Assembly (NCBI GenBank): GCA_017508665.1
Contig: JAFVYL010000013.1
Span: forward strand, 3,544-67,543
Origin: Clostridia bacterium
Lineage (GTDB): Bacteria > Bacillota > Clostridia > Oscillospirales > CAG-272
Length of the DNA: 64,000 nucleotides
Direction of reading: 5' to 3'
Below, one piece after another: positions 1 to 8,375 of this stretch. The notes below the pieces were generated by a model. That model was not told the origin of the DNA and did no database searches. It saw only the letters and a list, made by a program, of their open reading frames with translations. Position 1 is the stretch's first letter. Each line of letters begins with the position of its first letter. The translations under genes and the position numbers were made by a program.

Positions 1-34
1 TCCATTTTTATCTCCAATTATATTATTATTGTAA

Positions 35-1420
35 TTATGCGGCCAGATCTGCGCTCATATATGCAAGCGGTGCGGGATCTGCCAATTTAAGAAGCTCTGA
101 TATTGCTGTGTTAAGAGGCGCATCGACAGAGTGTACCTCTTCGACCTCAACGTCGGGAGCAACACCCACGCCGTTGAAGTTGACGTTACAAGGGGGATTG
201 AAGTAGCCGATCGTAAAGGTGAGACCTGAGTAATCGTAGAGAAGGAAGCTGCTCTGCGCGATACCCTTTCCGTAAGTGTTCTCTCCCACGATGACCGTGT
301 TGAGAATTCCGTCGTTTCTGTAATCTCTCATAGCCGCGGTGAACAGCTCGGCAGCGGATGCCGTACTTCCGTTACAGATGACCGCAATGGGAAGATCCAC
401 GCTATGTCCGTCCTTGGTATAAAAGACCTGCTCGCCGCTGTTCATGGTATAAGATCCGATACGTCTCTCTGGCGCGTCGGGAGTAAGATAATCGATGACG
501 TCAACGACCGAGGATAAAAGTCCGCCGGGGTTGTATCTCACGTCGACGAGGAGGCCTTTAGCTCCGTTTGCGGTAAAGAAATCGACAGCTTCCCTAAATT
601 CGGCAGCCGTAGTGCCGAGGAATTGAGTAAGCTGTATATATCCTATGCCACCCTCGAGAAGTCGGTAATACACGGTTCTCTCTTTGAGAAGCTTTCTTGT
701 AACTGTAAAGGTGTGGAATTCCTCGCCGCGCTTAACTGTGACGTTTACGGTACTTCCCACTTCACCCTTAAGCATTTCGACAAGATCCTCTTTTTTGGTG
801 TTTTCTTGGGTTTTATCTCCCACGCCCCATATGATGTCGTATGGCATTATACCTGCCTCCTGAGCACCCGATTCGGGGAACACCATTGAAATTTTAAGTG
901 TGTCGAGATTTACCTGCACGCCGATGCCGACGAATTCCTGTCCGCCGTCAAGGCTGTTTGAATATTCAAAATATTCTTCCGCTGTACGGTAGAATGCGTA
1001 ACGGTCCTCCGTCACGGCGATCATACAGTGCAGCACCGCGTCTGTGACCGCTTCCTTATCCTCAAGGTCGATCTCGTCGTAAAAGTATTCTATAAACAGC
1101 GAGGTTACTGCCTCCGCCATCTCCTTTTTGTCGGGGAGAGTACGGTAGAAGTTCCTTCTGAGCTTGCTTTCAGCCTCGTCTATTTTATACGTGTTGATGT
1201 TTCCGATTCCGAATTTTTTCAGATAGGAAGAAATAAATTGGTAATTTAAATCATCTTCACTGTGCTTTTCAACGTTTGCGGTAATATCCTCTTTATCAAG
1301 GACCTTTGAATAGAAGTTGTTGAAAAGCGAGCAACCCAAGATGCCTAAAGCTAATATGAGACAGCAGATGAGGATGACAATTCTGAGCTTACCGAGAGGT
1401 GAAGCGTGTGACATTGACAT
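35..1420 (-). CDS. ctpA: S41 family carboxyl-terminal processing protease with PDZ domain, N-terminal membrane anchor or lipoprotein signal
   Basis: FVGIGV PDZ entry motif, DVRYNPGG, catalytic STASAAE and TYGKG motifs, GVAPDVEV; hydrophobic N-terminus ending ILGC. Confidence 0.9.
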   Translation of the reverse strand: MSMSHASPLGKLRIVILICCLILALGILGCSLFNNFYSKVLDKEDITANVEKHSEDDLNYQFISSYLKKFGIGNINTYKIDEAESKLRRNFYRTLPDKKEMAEAVTSLFIEYFYDEIDLEDKEAVTDAVLHCMIAVTEDRYAFYRTAEEYFEYSNSLDGGQEFVGIGVQVNLDTLKISMVFPESGAQEAGIMPYDIIWGVGDKTQENTKKEDLVEMLKGEVGSTVNVTVKRGEEFHTFTVTRKLLKERTVYYRLLEGGIGYIQLTQFLGTTAAEFREAVDFFTANGAKGLLVDVRYNPGGLLSSVVDVIDYLTPDAPERRIGSYTMNSGEQVFYTKDGHSVDLPIAVICNGSTASAAELFTAAMRDYRNDGILNTVIVGENTYGKGIAQSSFLLYDYSGLTFTIGYFNPPCNVNFNGVGVAPDVEVEEVHSVDAPLNTAISELLKLADPAPLAYMSADLAA

Positions 1421-1470
1421 ATTCTATCTCCTTTTTTAAGTAACGGATACACTCCGTTTTGTTATTTGTC

Positions 1471-1502
1471 AAGAAACGGGGCTGCCCTAACGGCAGCCTC
1501 GT
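1471..1502 (-). terminator. Intrinsic terminator after the CdaR/PucR regulator
   Basis: Stem cgaggctgcc/ggcagccccg followed by tttctt on the minus strand. Confidence 0.65.
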
Positions 1503-1508
1503 GCAAGT

Positions 1509-2594
1509 TTAGAATTTAGTAGGTTTGCCGCTGAGATACTTCTTAACCATAAGAGCAACCTTGAAGGTTACCGCGTGGTCAAACTCGCGAAGGTCAAGAC
1601 CTGTGAGCTTTCTGATCTTCTCAAGACGGTAAACGAGAGTGTTTCTATGTACGAAAAGCTTTCTTGAGGTCTCGGAAACGTTAAGATTGTTCTCGAAGAA
1701 GCTCTGCACGGTCATAAGGGTTTCACGGTCGAGAGACTCGAGAGATCCCTTCTTGAACACCTCTTGGAGGAATATCTCGCAAAGGGTGGTGGGAAGCTGA
1801 TAAATGAGTCTGCCGATGCCGAGATTCTCATAAGACATGATGGGACGCTCGATGTCGAACACCTTACCTACCTCAAGAGCAATTCTTGCCTCCTTGTATG
1901 CCTTGGCAAGATCCTTGAGCTTTTCAACAATAGAGGAAACACCGATAAGAAGCTTTGCACCATACTCGGTCTGAGCCTGGTTGAGAATATCCTCTGCCTC
2001 TTCCTCGAGGTCCTCGGAGGTACATCCGTCATAAACTTCCTTAACTATTACTATGTCCTGCTCGCTGATATTAATAACATAATTTTTAACTTTATCGGTA
2101 ACGATATTCTGAACTATCTCGTAAGGAGAGAGCTCGGTAGCTCCCTGGAACTTAACTACGATTACCGCACGGCACTCGTCGTTGCCCATATGGAGCTCGT
2201 TGGATTTAACGTAAATATCGTTGGGAAGAATGTTGTCGAGGATAATGTTCTTGATGAACGATCCCTTATCATACTTCTCATCGTAAAGGCTCTTGATGTT
2301 ACCGAGAGAGATAGCGAGAATGTTAGCGGTCTTTTCCGCTTCCGCGTCCTCACCCTCAACGAAAACGATAGAGTCGTTTTTATTTACGGAATTGATAAAT
2401 TTGTAGGTGTAACCGTCAACCGTGATGAAGTCACGGGAGAAAGAAAGCTCCTCCTTGATGCGCTGTCTGGATTCTCCTATTTTGGAGAGCTCACTGCAAG
2501 CGATGATGATGCCGTTTTCGTCGATTGCACCGATGGTGCGGCCGACAACATCCTTCATCTGATGGATTACCGTCTGAAACAAGCGGTTTGACAT
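1509..2594 (-). CDS. CdaR/PucR family transcriptional regulator
   Basis: N-terminal sugar-diacid-recognition-like segment (IDENGIIIACS), GGDEF-like middle, C-terminal HTH NLNVSETSRKLFVHRNTLVYRLEKI; start moved to ATG 2594, which follows a gaaagga RBS. Confidence 0.88.
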   Translation of the reverse strand: MSNRLFQTVIHQMKDVVGRTIGAIDENGIIIACSELSKIGESRQRIKEELSFSRDFITVDGYTYKFINSVNKNDSIVFVEGEDAEAEKTANILAISLGNIKSLYDEKYDKGSFIKNIILDNILPNDIYVKSNELHMGNDECRAVIVVKFQGATELSPYEIVQNIVTDKVKNYVINISEQDIVIVKEVYDGCTSEDLEEEAEDILNQAQTEYGAKLLIGVSSIVEKLKDLAKAYKEARIALEVGKVFDIERPIMSYENLGIGRLIYQLPTTLCEIFLQEVFKKGSLESLDRETLMTVQSFFENNLNVSETSRKLFVHRNTLVYRLEKIRKLTGLDLREFDHAVTFKVALMVKKYLSGKPTKF

Positions 2595-2734
2595 AATAAC
2601 TTTTATCCTTTCATTCTGCTGCGGCTTAAAACGTCGTTGGAGTGGACGAAGGTCCGCTATATTCGAAGTCCTCTTCAATCCGAACCGTGTCATACTATCA
2701 GTTTGCATAGGTTCGTTTGTCTATACTGTACTAT

Positions 2735-2763
2735 ATTCTACAATATTTTTGGATAAATTTCAA
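2735..2763 (-). promoter_or_regulatory. sigmaA-type promoter for the CdaR/PucR gene
   Basis: TTGAAA-17 bp-TAGAAT on the minus strand. Confidence 0.65.
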
Positions 2764-2947
2764 TAGTTTTTTAAAAAAATATTGCGAAATACACAAAAAA
2801 GTTGCAAATTACTTGTGAATTTTAACATTATATCGGAAAAAGAGAGATTTCAACATAAAAAAGGCAGAAAATAAGAAAAAACGCGCAAGACCGCCTTAAA
2901 AAACGTCTCGCGCGTTGTTATTTTCAATATAATGAAGCGAAATTACG

Positions 2948-3685
2948 TTACAGCTCAAAGAAATATGATATAGCCGACAGACAATAATCGGGAGCTGTCT
3001 CGCACCGTAAAATTCTCGGGCCGAGATTGACACACACCGCACCGGAGAGAATTATCCTGTCCGCTTCTTCTCTTGAGAAGCCGCCCTCCGATCCTATTAT
3101 GACGGCTATCCTGCCGTCTCTTTTGCCGTATGATTCAAGCGCTGATTTAAGAGACTGCGTACCGTCTCCCTCGTAGCAGAAAAGTGTTAGGTCATAGTCC
3201 TTTACCCTTTCTGTAAGCTCGCTGAATCTTATCATTTTCGACACCTCGGGCAGCCTTGATCTGCCGCATTGTTTTGCGGCCTCTTCAGCTATGCGCGAGA
3301 GCCTGTCGGTTATCTTGTCCGCCTTTTCCGCCGCAGGACGCTTTATGCACCTTGAGGATTCGAAGGGGATTATTGCCGATGCTCCGAGCTCTACCGATTT
3401 CTGCACGACGGTCTCAAGCTTGTCTCCCTTAGGATAGGCCATATAGAGAGTAATATGCACGGGTGACTCGGTCGAGCCTGCCTTCGTCGAGATGATCTCG
3501 CAAAAACATTCCTCGTCGCGTATACGGGTGAGGGAAGAGAAGTATTCCGTGCCGTTCTCGTCACATACAGTCAAGGTATCACCCACTGCCATACGCAGTG
3601 AGCGTGCTATATGATAGGCATCCTTACCGGATATTCTGATAAGGTTATCCTCTATCGCATCTTTATTTACGAAAAATCTTGCCAT
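2948..3685 (-). CDS. rsmE: 16S rRNA m3U1498 methyltransferase
   Basis: HIARSLRM, QKSVELG, EAAKQCGR, IGSEGGFS and LGPRILRCETA motifs; downstream of prmA. Confidence 0.95.
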   Translation of the reverse strand: MARFFVNKDAIEDNLIRISGKDAYHIARSLRMAVGDTLTVCDENGTEYFSSLTRIRDEECFCEIISTKAGSTESPVHITLYMAYPKGDKLETVVQKSVELGASAIIPFESSRCIKRPAAEKADKITDRLSRIAEEAAKQCGRSRLPEVSKMIRFSELTERVKDYDLTLFCYEGDGTQSLKSALESYGKRDGRIAVIIGSEGGFSREEADRIILSGAVCVNLGPRILRCETAPDYCLSAISYFFEL

Positions 3686-3714
3686 AGGAGCTCCATTGTG
3701 TTTACTTTGTGAAA

Positions 3715-3890
3715 GTTATTAGTTATAAGAGTGCCGGAGCACTTGTTATGATGCTCGCTTTGCTCGCAGTTATGATTTTGCTATGCAAAAGTTATGATAT
3801 GATTACCCAATGAACTTTAACTTGCCGACAGGCAATCATAACTTGGCGTAGCCAATCATAACTCATAGCTTACCATTCGGGGTAATCATA
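3715..3890. repeat. Intergenic mini-array of GTTATGAT/ATCATAAC units alternating with short hairpins (REP-like)
   Basis: gttatgat at 3745, 3769 and 3791; inverted atcataact at 3835 and 3855; hairpins between units; tatgattaccc/gggtaatcata inverted pair. Confidence 0.75.
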
Positions 3891-3904
3891 GTTGCTTTGC
3901 AGAA

Positions 3905-4819
3905 TTATTTTCTGCAAAGCAGAGCTACCCAATCGTTTTCCTTTTCCTCTCTCTCGATCGTAAAGCCTTCTGCCTTTACACACGCTCTGACCTCGTCGGC
4001 TCTGTCGATTATTATGCCTGAGAGAATAAGGGGTGCGCCTTCTGCGAGATAGCCGTGTATATCGGGCATCATACGTATGATTATATCCGATACGATGTTT
4101 GCTACGCAGAAGTCGTATTTGCCCTCGGATTTGTCGACGCCTTTAAGAAGATCCGACACGCCTACGGTGATATTGTCGCAGCCGTCGTCCTTAGCGTTCT
4201 CTCTTGCTACCTTTACGGCTACGGGGTCGATATCGTAGGCATTACAGGATTTAGCTCCGAGCTTTGACGCGCAGATGGAGAGGATTCCCGAGCCTGTACC
4301 TACATCGAGGACTCTTTCGCCACCCTTTATGAGATCTTGCATGATTCTCATTACAAGACGGGTAGTCTCGTGAGTACCTGTGCCGAATGCCATACCGGGA
4401 TCCATTCTTATGATGATCTCGCCGTCCTTGGCTTCATACTTTTCCCAAGCGGGAACTACGGTTACTCTTCCGAGAGGGATGGGCTTGTAGTACTGCTTCC
4501 AGCTCTCGGACCAATCCTCCTCGTTCATACCCTCGACGGATATTTCATTATTTATACCGAGAGCGGAGAGTCTCGCTTCAAGGTATACTTTGTACTCGGC
4601 AAAGTTCTTTTCCTCGGGTACGAAGATGGATACCTTTACGGTTTCTCTGTCCGCGTTGAGTATTGACTCGTCTACGAGCTCTCCGTACATTCCATTGAGC
4701 GAGAAGTCACTGTAGTCCTCTATCATCAGACCGTTGTCGAGCATACTCATTACAGCGCATATGCCGTCAAGATCCTTTACGTGTCCCGTTACTGTCAGTT
4801 TAGTCCAGTTTCCAGCCAT
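3905..4819 (-). CDS. prmA: Ribosomal protein L11 methyltransferase
   Basis: EDWSESWKQYYKP, DPGMAFGTGTHETT, VLDVGTGSGILSI and DIDPVAV motifs. Confidence 0.96.
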   Translation of the reverse strand: MAGNWTKLTVTGHVKDLDGICAVMSMLDNGLMIEDYSDFSLNGMYGELVDESILNADRETVKVSIFVPEEKNFAEYKVYLEARLSALGINNEISVEGMNEEDWSESWKQYYKPIPLGRVTVVPAWEKYEAKDGEIIIRMDPGMAFGTGTHETTRLVMRIMQDLIKGGERVLDVGTGSGILSICASKLGAKSCNAYDIDPVAVKVARENAKDDGCDNITVGVSDLLKGVDKSEGKYDFCVANIVSDIIIRMMPDIHGYLAEGAPLILSGIIIDRADEVRACVKAEGFTIEREEKENDWVALLCRK

Positions 4820-5733
4820 GTTAAATCTCCGTTTTCTTCTATTGATCTGTTTTTGTCTTTGTAGATCTGCTCCCTGAGCTCGTCTACCGAGTCAAACAGC
4901 TTTTCTTCTCTGAGATATCCGAGGAAATATATCCTGATATTTTGTCCGTAGAGATCACCCTCAAAGTTTGCGATAAGAGTTTCCGCGTGTATATCTCTTT
5001 CTTTTACTGTGGGGCAAGATCCGATGTTGGTGACACCCGTGTACAGATTTTCGCCTATTTCCACAGCCGTGCGGTATACACCGGGCGGCAGGGGCGAATT
5101 TTCTCTGACGGGCGTATTTACCGTCGGGAAGCCGAATGCCGTGCCGAGTCCGAGACCGCGCTCAACAGCACCCTCGATAAAGTACGGCATGCCGAGCATG
5201 GCGTTTGCCTCGTCGAGCCTTCTTTGTCCTATCAGCTCTCTGATGGCGGTGGATGAGAGAGAAGTCTCATTTATCTTTTGTTCTTCGAGCACAACGGCAG
5301 ATCTGCCGCGCTTCTCCATAAGCTCCGATAGAGCGTGTGAATCAGCGGAAGCTCCCTTGCCGAATCGGAAATTGTATCCCGATATCGCTACCCACGCGTC
5401 AAGCGTGTCTATGAGCACCCCTCCGACAAAGTCCTCAGCGGACAGTCTGGATACGGAGTCAAAGTCTGCGACGACAACTCCGTCTACGCCGAGAGAGGCA
5501 AAAATCTTTAACTTATCACTAATATTGTAAATAACACTTTGCGTTTTCTTGGTTTTTGAGAGGTTATCCTCAAACGTTAAGATGTAGGACTTGAGGCCTC
5601 TTTCTCTCGCTTCTTTAACCAATAACGAGATAAGCTCTCTGTGTCCGACGTGTACACCGTCAAAGTATCCGAGCGCGACGGCGGACTTTTCTATATTCAG
5701 CTTTTCCGGATATCGGTAGTATCTTACGTCCAC
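4795..5733 (-). CDS. ribF: Bifunctional riboflavin kinase/FAD synthetase
   Basis: GYFDGVHVGH, GYNFRFGKG, SSTAIRE, GFPTVN, NIGSCPT, DLYG and LREEKLF motifs. Confidence 0.95.
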   Translation of the reverse strand: MDVRYYRYPEKLNIEKSAVALGYFDGVHVGHRELISLLVKEARERGLKSYILTFEDNLSKTKKTQSVIYNISDKLKIFASLGVDGVVVADFDSVSRLSAEDFVGGVLIDTLDAWVAISGYNFRFGKGASADSHALSELMEKRGRSAVVLEEQKINETSLSSTAIRELIGQRRLDEANAMLGMPYFIEGAVERGLGLGTAFGFPTVNTPVRENSPLPPGVYRTAVEIGENLYTGVTNIGSCPTVKERDIHAETLIANFEGDLYGQNIRIYFLGYLREEKLFDSVDELREQIYKDKNRSIEENGDLTWLETGLN

Positions 5734-5763
5734 CGTGCACTCCTTTCTCTGATGTGCGGAAAA

Positions 5764-8118
5764 TCAAAGAGTTTTCCACATCTCAATATCTATATTTTTT
5801 GTATATTCCGAATTTTCTTCCGTATCGATTACGAAGGAAGTGTTTATTCTTTTTACACCCTCGTGACGTACAACGAGCTTTTTGTAGTTTTCTCTCGAGT
5901 GCTCGCCCTCCGCGGGTGAGGTCTCTTTGAGCAGACCCTCTGTACAGTCCATGAGCTCGAGCTTTCCGTCACCGAGTAGGGTAATAAATATCTTTTGACC
6001 GTCATTATGTGTGAGTGTCGCGCGCATTCCGTCCTCTGAAACCTCTGCTGTGATCTTGTCGGACTCAAAGTGCGCTGTTGTAAACGCGCTGTCCTCGGAT
6101 GTGAAGCCGACCTCGTCCTTAATGACGAGAGTACGTCTGTTGTTTGTGAGGAGCATTCCTCGTCTTGCATATTCTACCTTATCTTCACCGTATACCGACT
6201 TATTGTCGATAGCGGCATATGATGCGGTATTTGAGGATTTATACTCGTACATAACGCCGCGGCCGGCGAGAAGCTGACCGTAGTCGAGAGATTTGAGAGC
6301 GAGTACGTTGTTGCCGTCGGCATTTCTTCTGTAAAGACCGTAGTTTGAGAAATATCCGAGACCGTTTTTGATTCCGCGTGAGTTGTAGTAATCTCCGCCG
6401 AGGTCTGTAAACCATAGCTTGCCGAGATTGTGATATACGAATGCGCCGGAGTCAAGCTGACTGTGGCTGCCTCCTGTGGGGTTGATACCGCCGATCATTC
6501 CCGCATAGAGCGAGCCGCTCTCCCATCCGCTTCTGACGGTAAAGGCGTCTATTCCGATCATAGCGTAGTCGAGCGAAAGTGCTGAAAGCTCGGGAGGAGT
6601 GATGCCTCTTACCTCGGGGTTGAACATAGCATCGCGCCAGGATACCGCCTTGCCTCGCTTGAGGTTTGCGCGTCTTATAGCCATAAGGGCGTGATCGCCT
6701 GAAATGATAGCAAGCGCATCAAAGAAGGAAGTGTCCTGAGAGCCCAGCCCGCCGTCATGATAATTCCAGCCGACAAAATCCGCGCTTTCGGTGTTTATCG
6801 CATAGTAGCAGGTCTTGTCAAATCCGCAGGCATGGTGCAGACCGAGGTCTGTGCCGAGAGATGAGTAGAGAGCCGCCATAGAGGTCGCGAGATTAGACGT
6901 TCCGTATGCCCAATACGCATTGGATTCAACGTATGATCCGTCGGGGGCGTACTGATTAAAGACGAGACGTGGGTGCATAGTGCTGGTAATACAGCCGCCG
7001 AGAAGCTCTGTGATCTTAGCATATTCCTCTTCGCTGATAACCTCGTCCGCGCCCTCTGCGAGAAGACAGAGCGAGCCGAGTATCATACCGCTGTTGCACA
7101 CCGAGTTCCAGTTGTCGTTCTTGAGCTTGAATCTCCAGCCCGTGCCCTGCTTGGGGCTCGGGAAATCACAGTTGTCGTAAACCACAGAGTTGTATCCGTG
7201 GTGCAGTCCTTGATCGTAAATACCGCGCTTAATGGGAGCCGTGTCGAGATTTAAGGACTTCCAGGCGTTGTAGAGCCAGTCGTAAATTCTTGCCAGAGCT
7301 CCTGTGGCGCCGGAGCAGTTGAGGAAGTGGCCGGGACCCCAGTGCTTTCTTCCGATAACCGCAAGAGAGGCGTAATACGCAACGCGTGCGTATTTTTCAT
7401 CCTGAGTCAGGTGGTATGCGAGAGCTACGTATGCCACTCTGTTAAGGTGTGATTCCGAGTTCGAATGTCTGCCACCGACGTCGTATTCACTCTCTCCGAA
7501 TCCGGATGCGGGGAATTCCTCGGCAAAACCGTCACCGGCTTCGTTAAGCGCGGGGATCTCTCTAAGATATTTATCCGCCTCGGCTACTATTTTTACGAGA
7601 ATATCCTTGGTATCTGTTTCTTCGTCCGATGTATATAATTCTCGCAGTCTGTCGAGAATGTCCTGAGAACCCATGATGAAGGGGTGGGTGTTGTTTCTTG
7701 CCAGGAGCATACCGCGTACTTCTTCACCGAGCTTTACAAAATCCTCTCGCTCCTTTTCCGTTGCGGGCGCATAGCCGACAGAAAGATCGCCGACGGTTAC
7801 CTCGAATATAAAGGAGTGGGCGATAGCGATTATATCTTTGATATCCCTCTCGGTGTCAAAGGCGGGAAAATCCTTGTCGCCATCGAGAAATATGAGTCCC
7901 ATACCCTCGTACACCTTGTGAAGTCCCCTAAGCTCCCGTGAGCTTGCATAGTCATCCTCGATTTCAATTCCTGCGATGGCAAGAGCCTCTCTCGGAATAA
8001 GGATATCACCGTCTTTTATAACCGGCGCTGTTTTGAGTTCTTTTCTTTCATTCATATAAAGTACTCTCTTTACACCTGCTTTGAGGCAAAGGAGAGGAGC
8101 TTTTATTTCACCTGACAT
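5764..8118 (-). CDS. Heparinase II/III-like (polysaccharide-lyase-type alpha-toroid plus beta-sandwich) protein with no signal peptide
   Basis: HWGPGHFLN, NWNSVCNSG, PDGSYVESNAYWAYG and HSQLDSGAFVY..W..DLG motifs resemble heparinase II/III-like proteins; clear paralogue of 50199-54101. Confidence 0.65.
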   Translation of the reverse strand: MSGEIKAPLLCLKAGVKRVLYMNERKELKTAPVIKDGDILIPREALAIAGIEIEDDYASSRELRGLHKVYEGMGLIFLDGDKDFPAFDTERDIKDIIAIAHSFIFEVTVGDLSVGYAPATEKEREDFVKLGEEVRGMLLARNNTHPFIMGSQDILDRLRELYTSDEETDTKDILVKIVAEADKYLREIPALNEAGDGFAEEFPASGFGESEYDVGGRHSNSESHLNRVAYVALAYHLTQDEKYARVAYYASLAVIGRKHWGPGHFLNCSGATGALARIYDWLYNAWKSLNLDTAPIKRGIYDQGLHHGYNSVVYDNCDFPSPKQGTGWRFKLKNDNWNSVCNSGMILGSLCLLAEGADEVISEEEYAKITELLGGCITSTMHPRLVFNQYAPDGSYVESNAYWAYGTSNLATSMAALYSSLGTDLGLHHACGFDKTCYYAINTESADFVGWNYHDGGLGSQDTSFFDALAIISGDHALMAIRRANLKRGKAVSWRDAMFNPEVRGITPPELSALSLDYAMIGIDAFTVRSGWESGSLYAGMIGGINPTGGSHSQLDSGAFVYHNLGKLWFTDLGGDYYNSRGIKNGLGYFSNYGLYRRNADGNNVLALKSLDYGQLLAGRGVMYEYKSSNTASYAAIDNKSVYGEDKVEYARRGMLLTNNRRTLVIKDEVGFTSEDSAFTTAHFESDKITAEVSEDGMRATLTHNDGQKIFITLLGDGKLELMDCTEGLLKETSPAEGEHSRENYKKLVVRHEGVKRINTSFVIDTEENSEYTKNIDIEMWKTL

Positions 8119-8298
8119 TTTAAAATCTCCCTGTTAATTACGCGCGAGTGCGTTTTAGTACGAGAACATCTTAGCACAATTGATTGGGGATGTCCATTGA
8201 TTTTTCCGAAAATCGTTGAGATTGCTAAATAAGTTTGTGTGTTATGCACTAAATATTTATCCCTTTTTTAATCAAAAGTTAGAAAATGCGAGATTTGT

Positions 8299-8327
8299 TT
8301 GACAAAGGTTGGAAACTGTGATACAAT
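8299..8327 (+). promoter_or_regulatory. sigmaA-type promoter for the MFS gene
   Basis: TTGACA-17 bp-TACAAT with TG extension. Confidence 0.8.
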
Positions 8328-8375
8328 AAGTCCGTTAGCACGATTCCTTAAAATAATTCAAAGAAAGGAAAATAC

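Noticed and set aside
3715-3890. Possible CRISPR array
   Set aside because: Repeats are only 8-9 bp, occur in both orientations, have spacers of about 11-16 bp, and there are no cas genes
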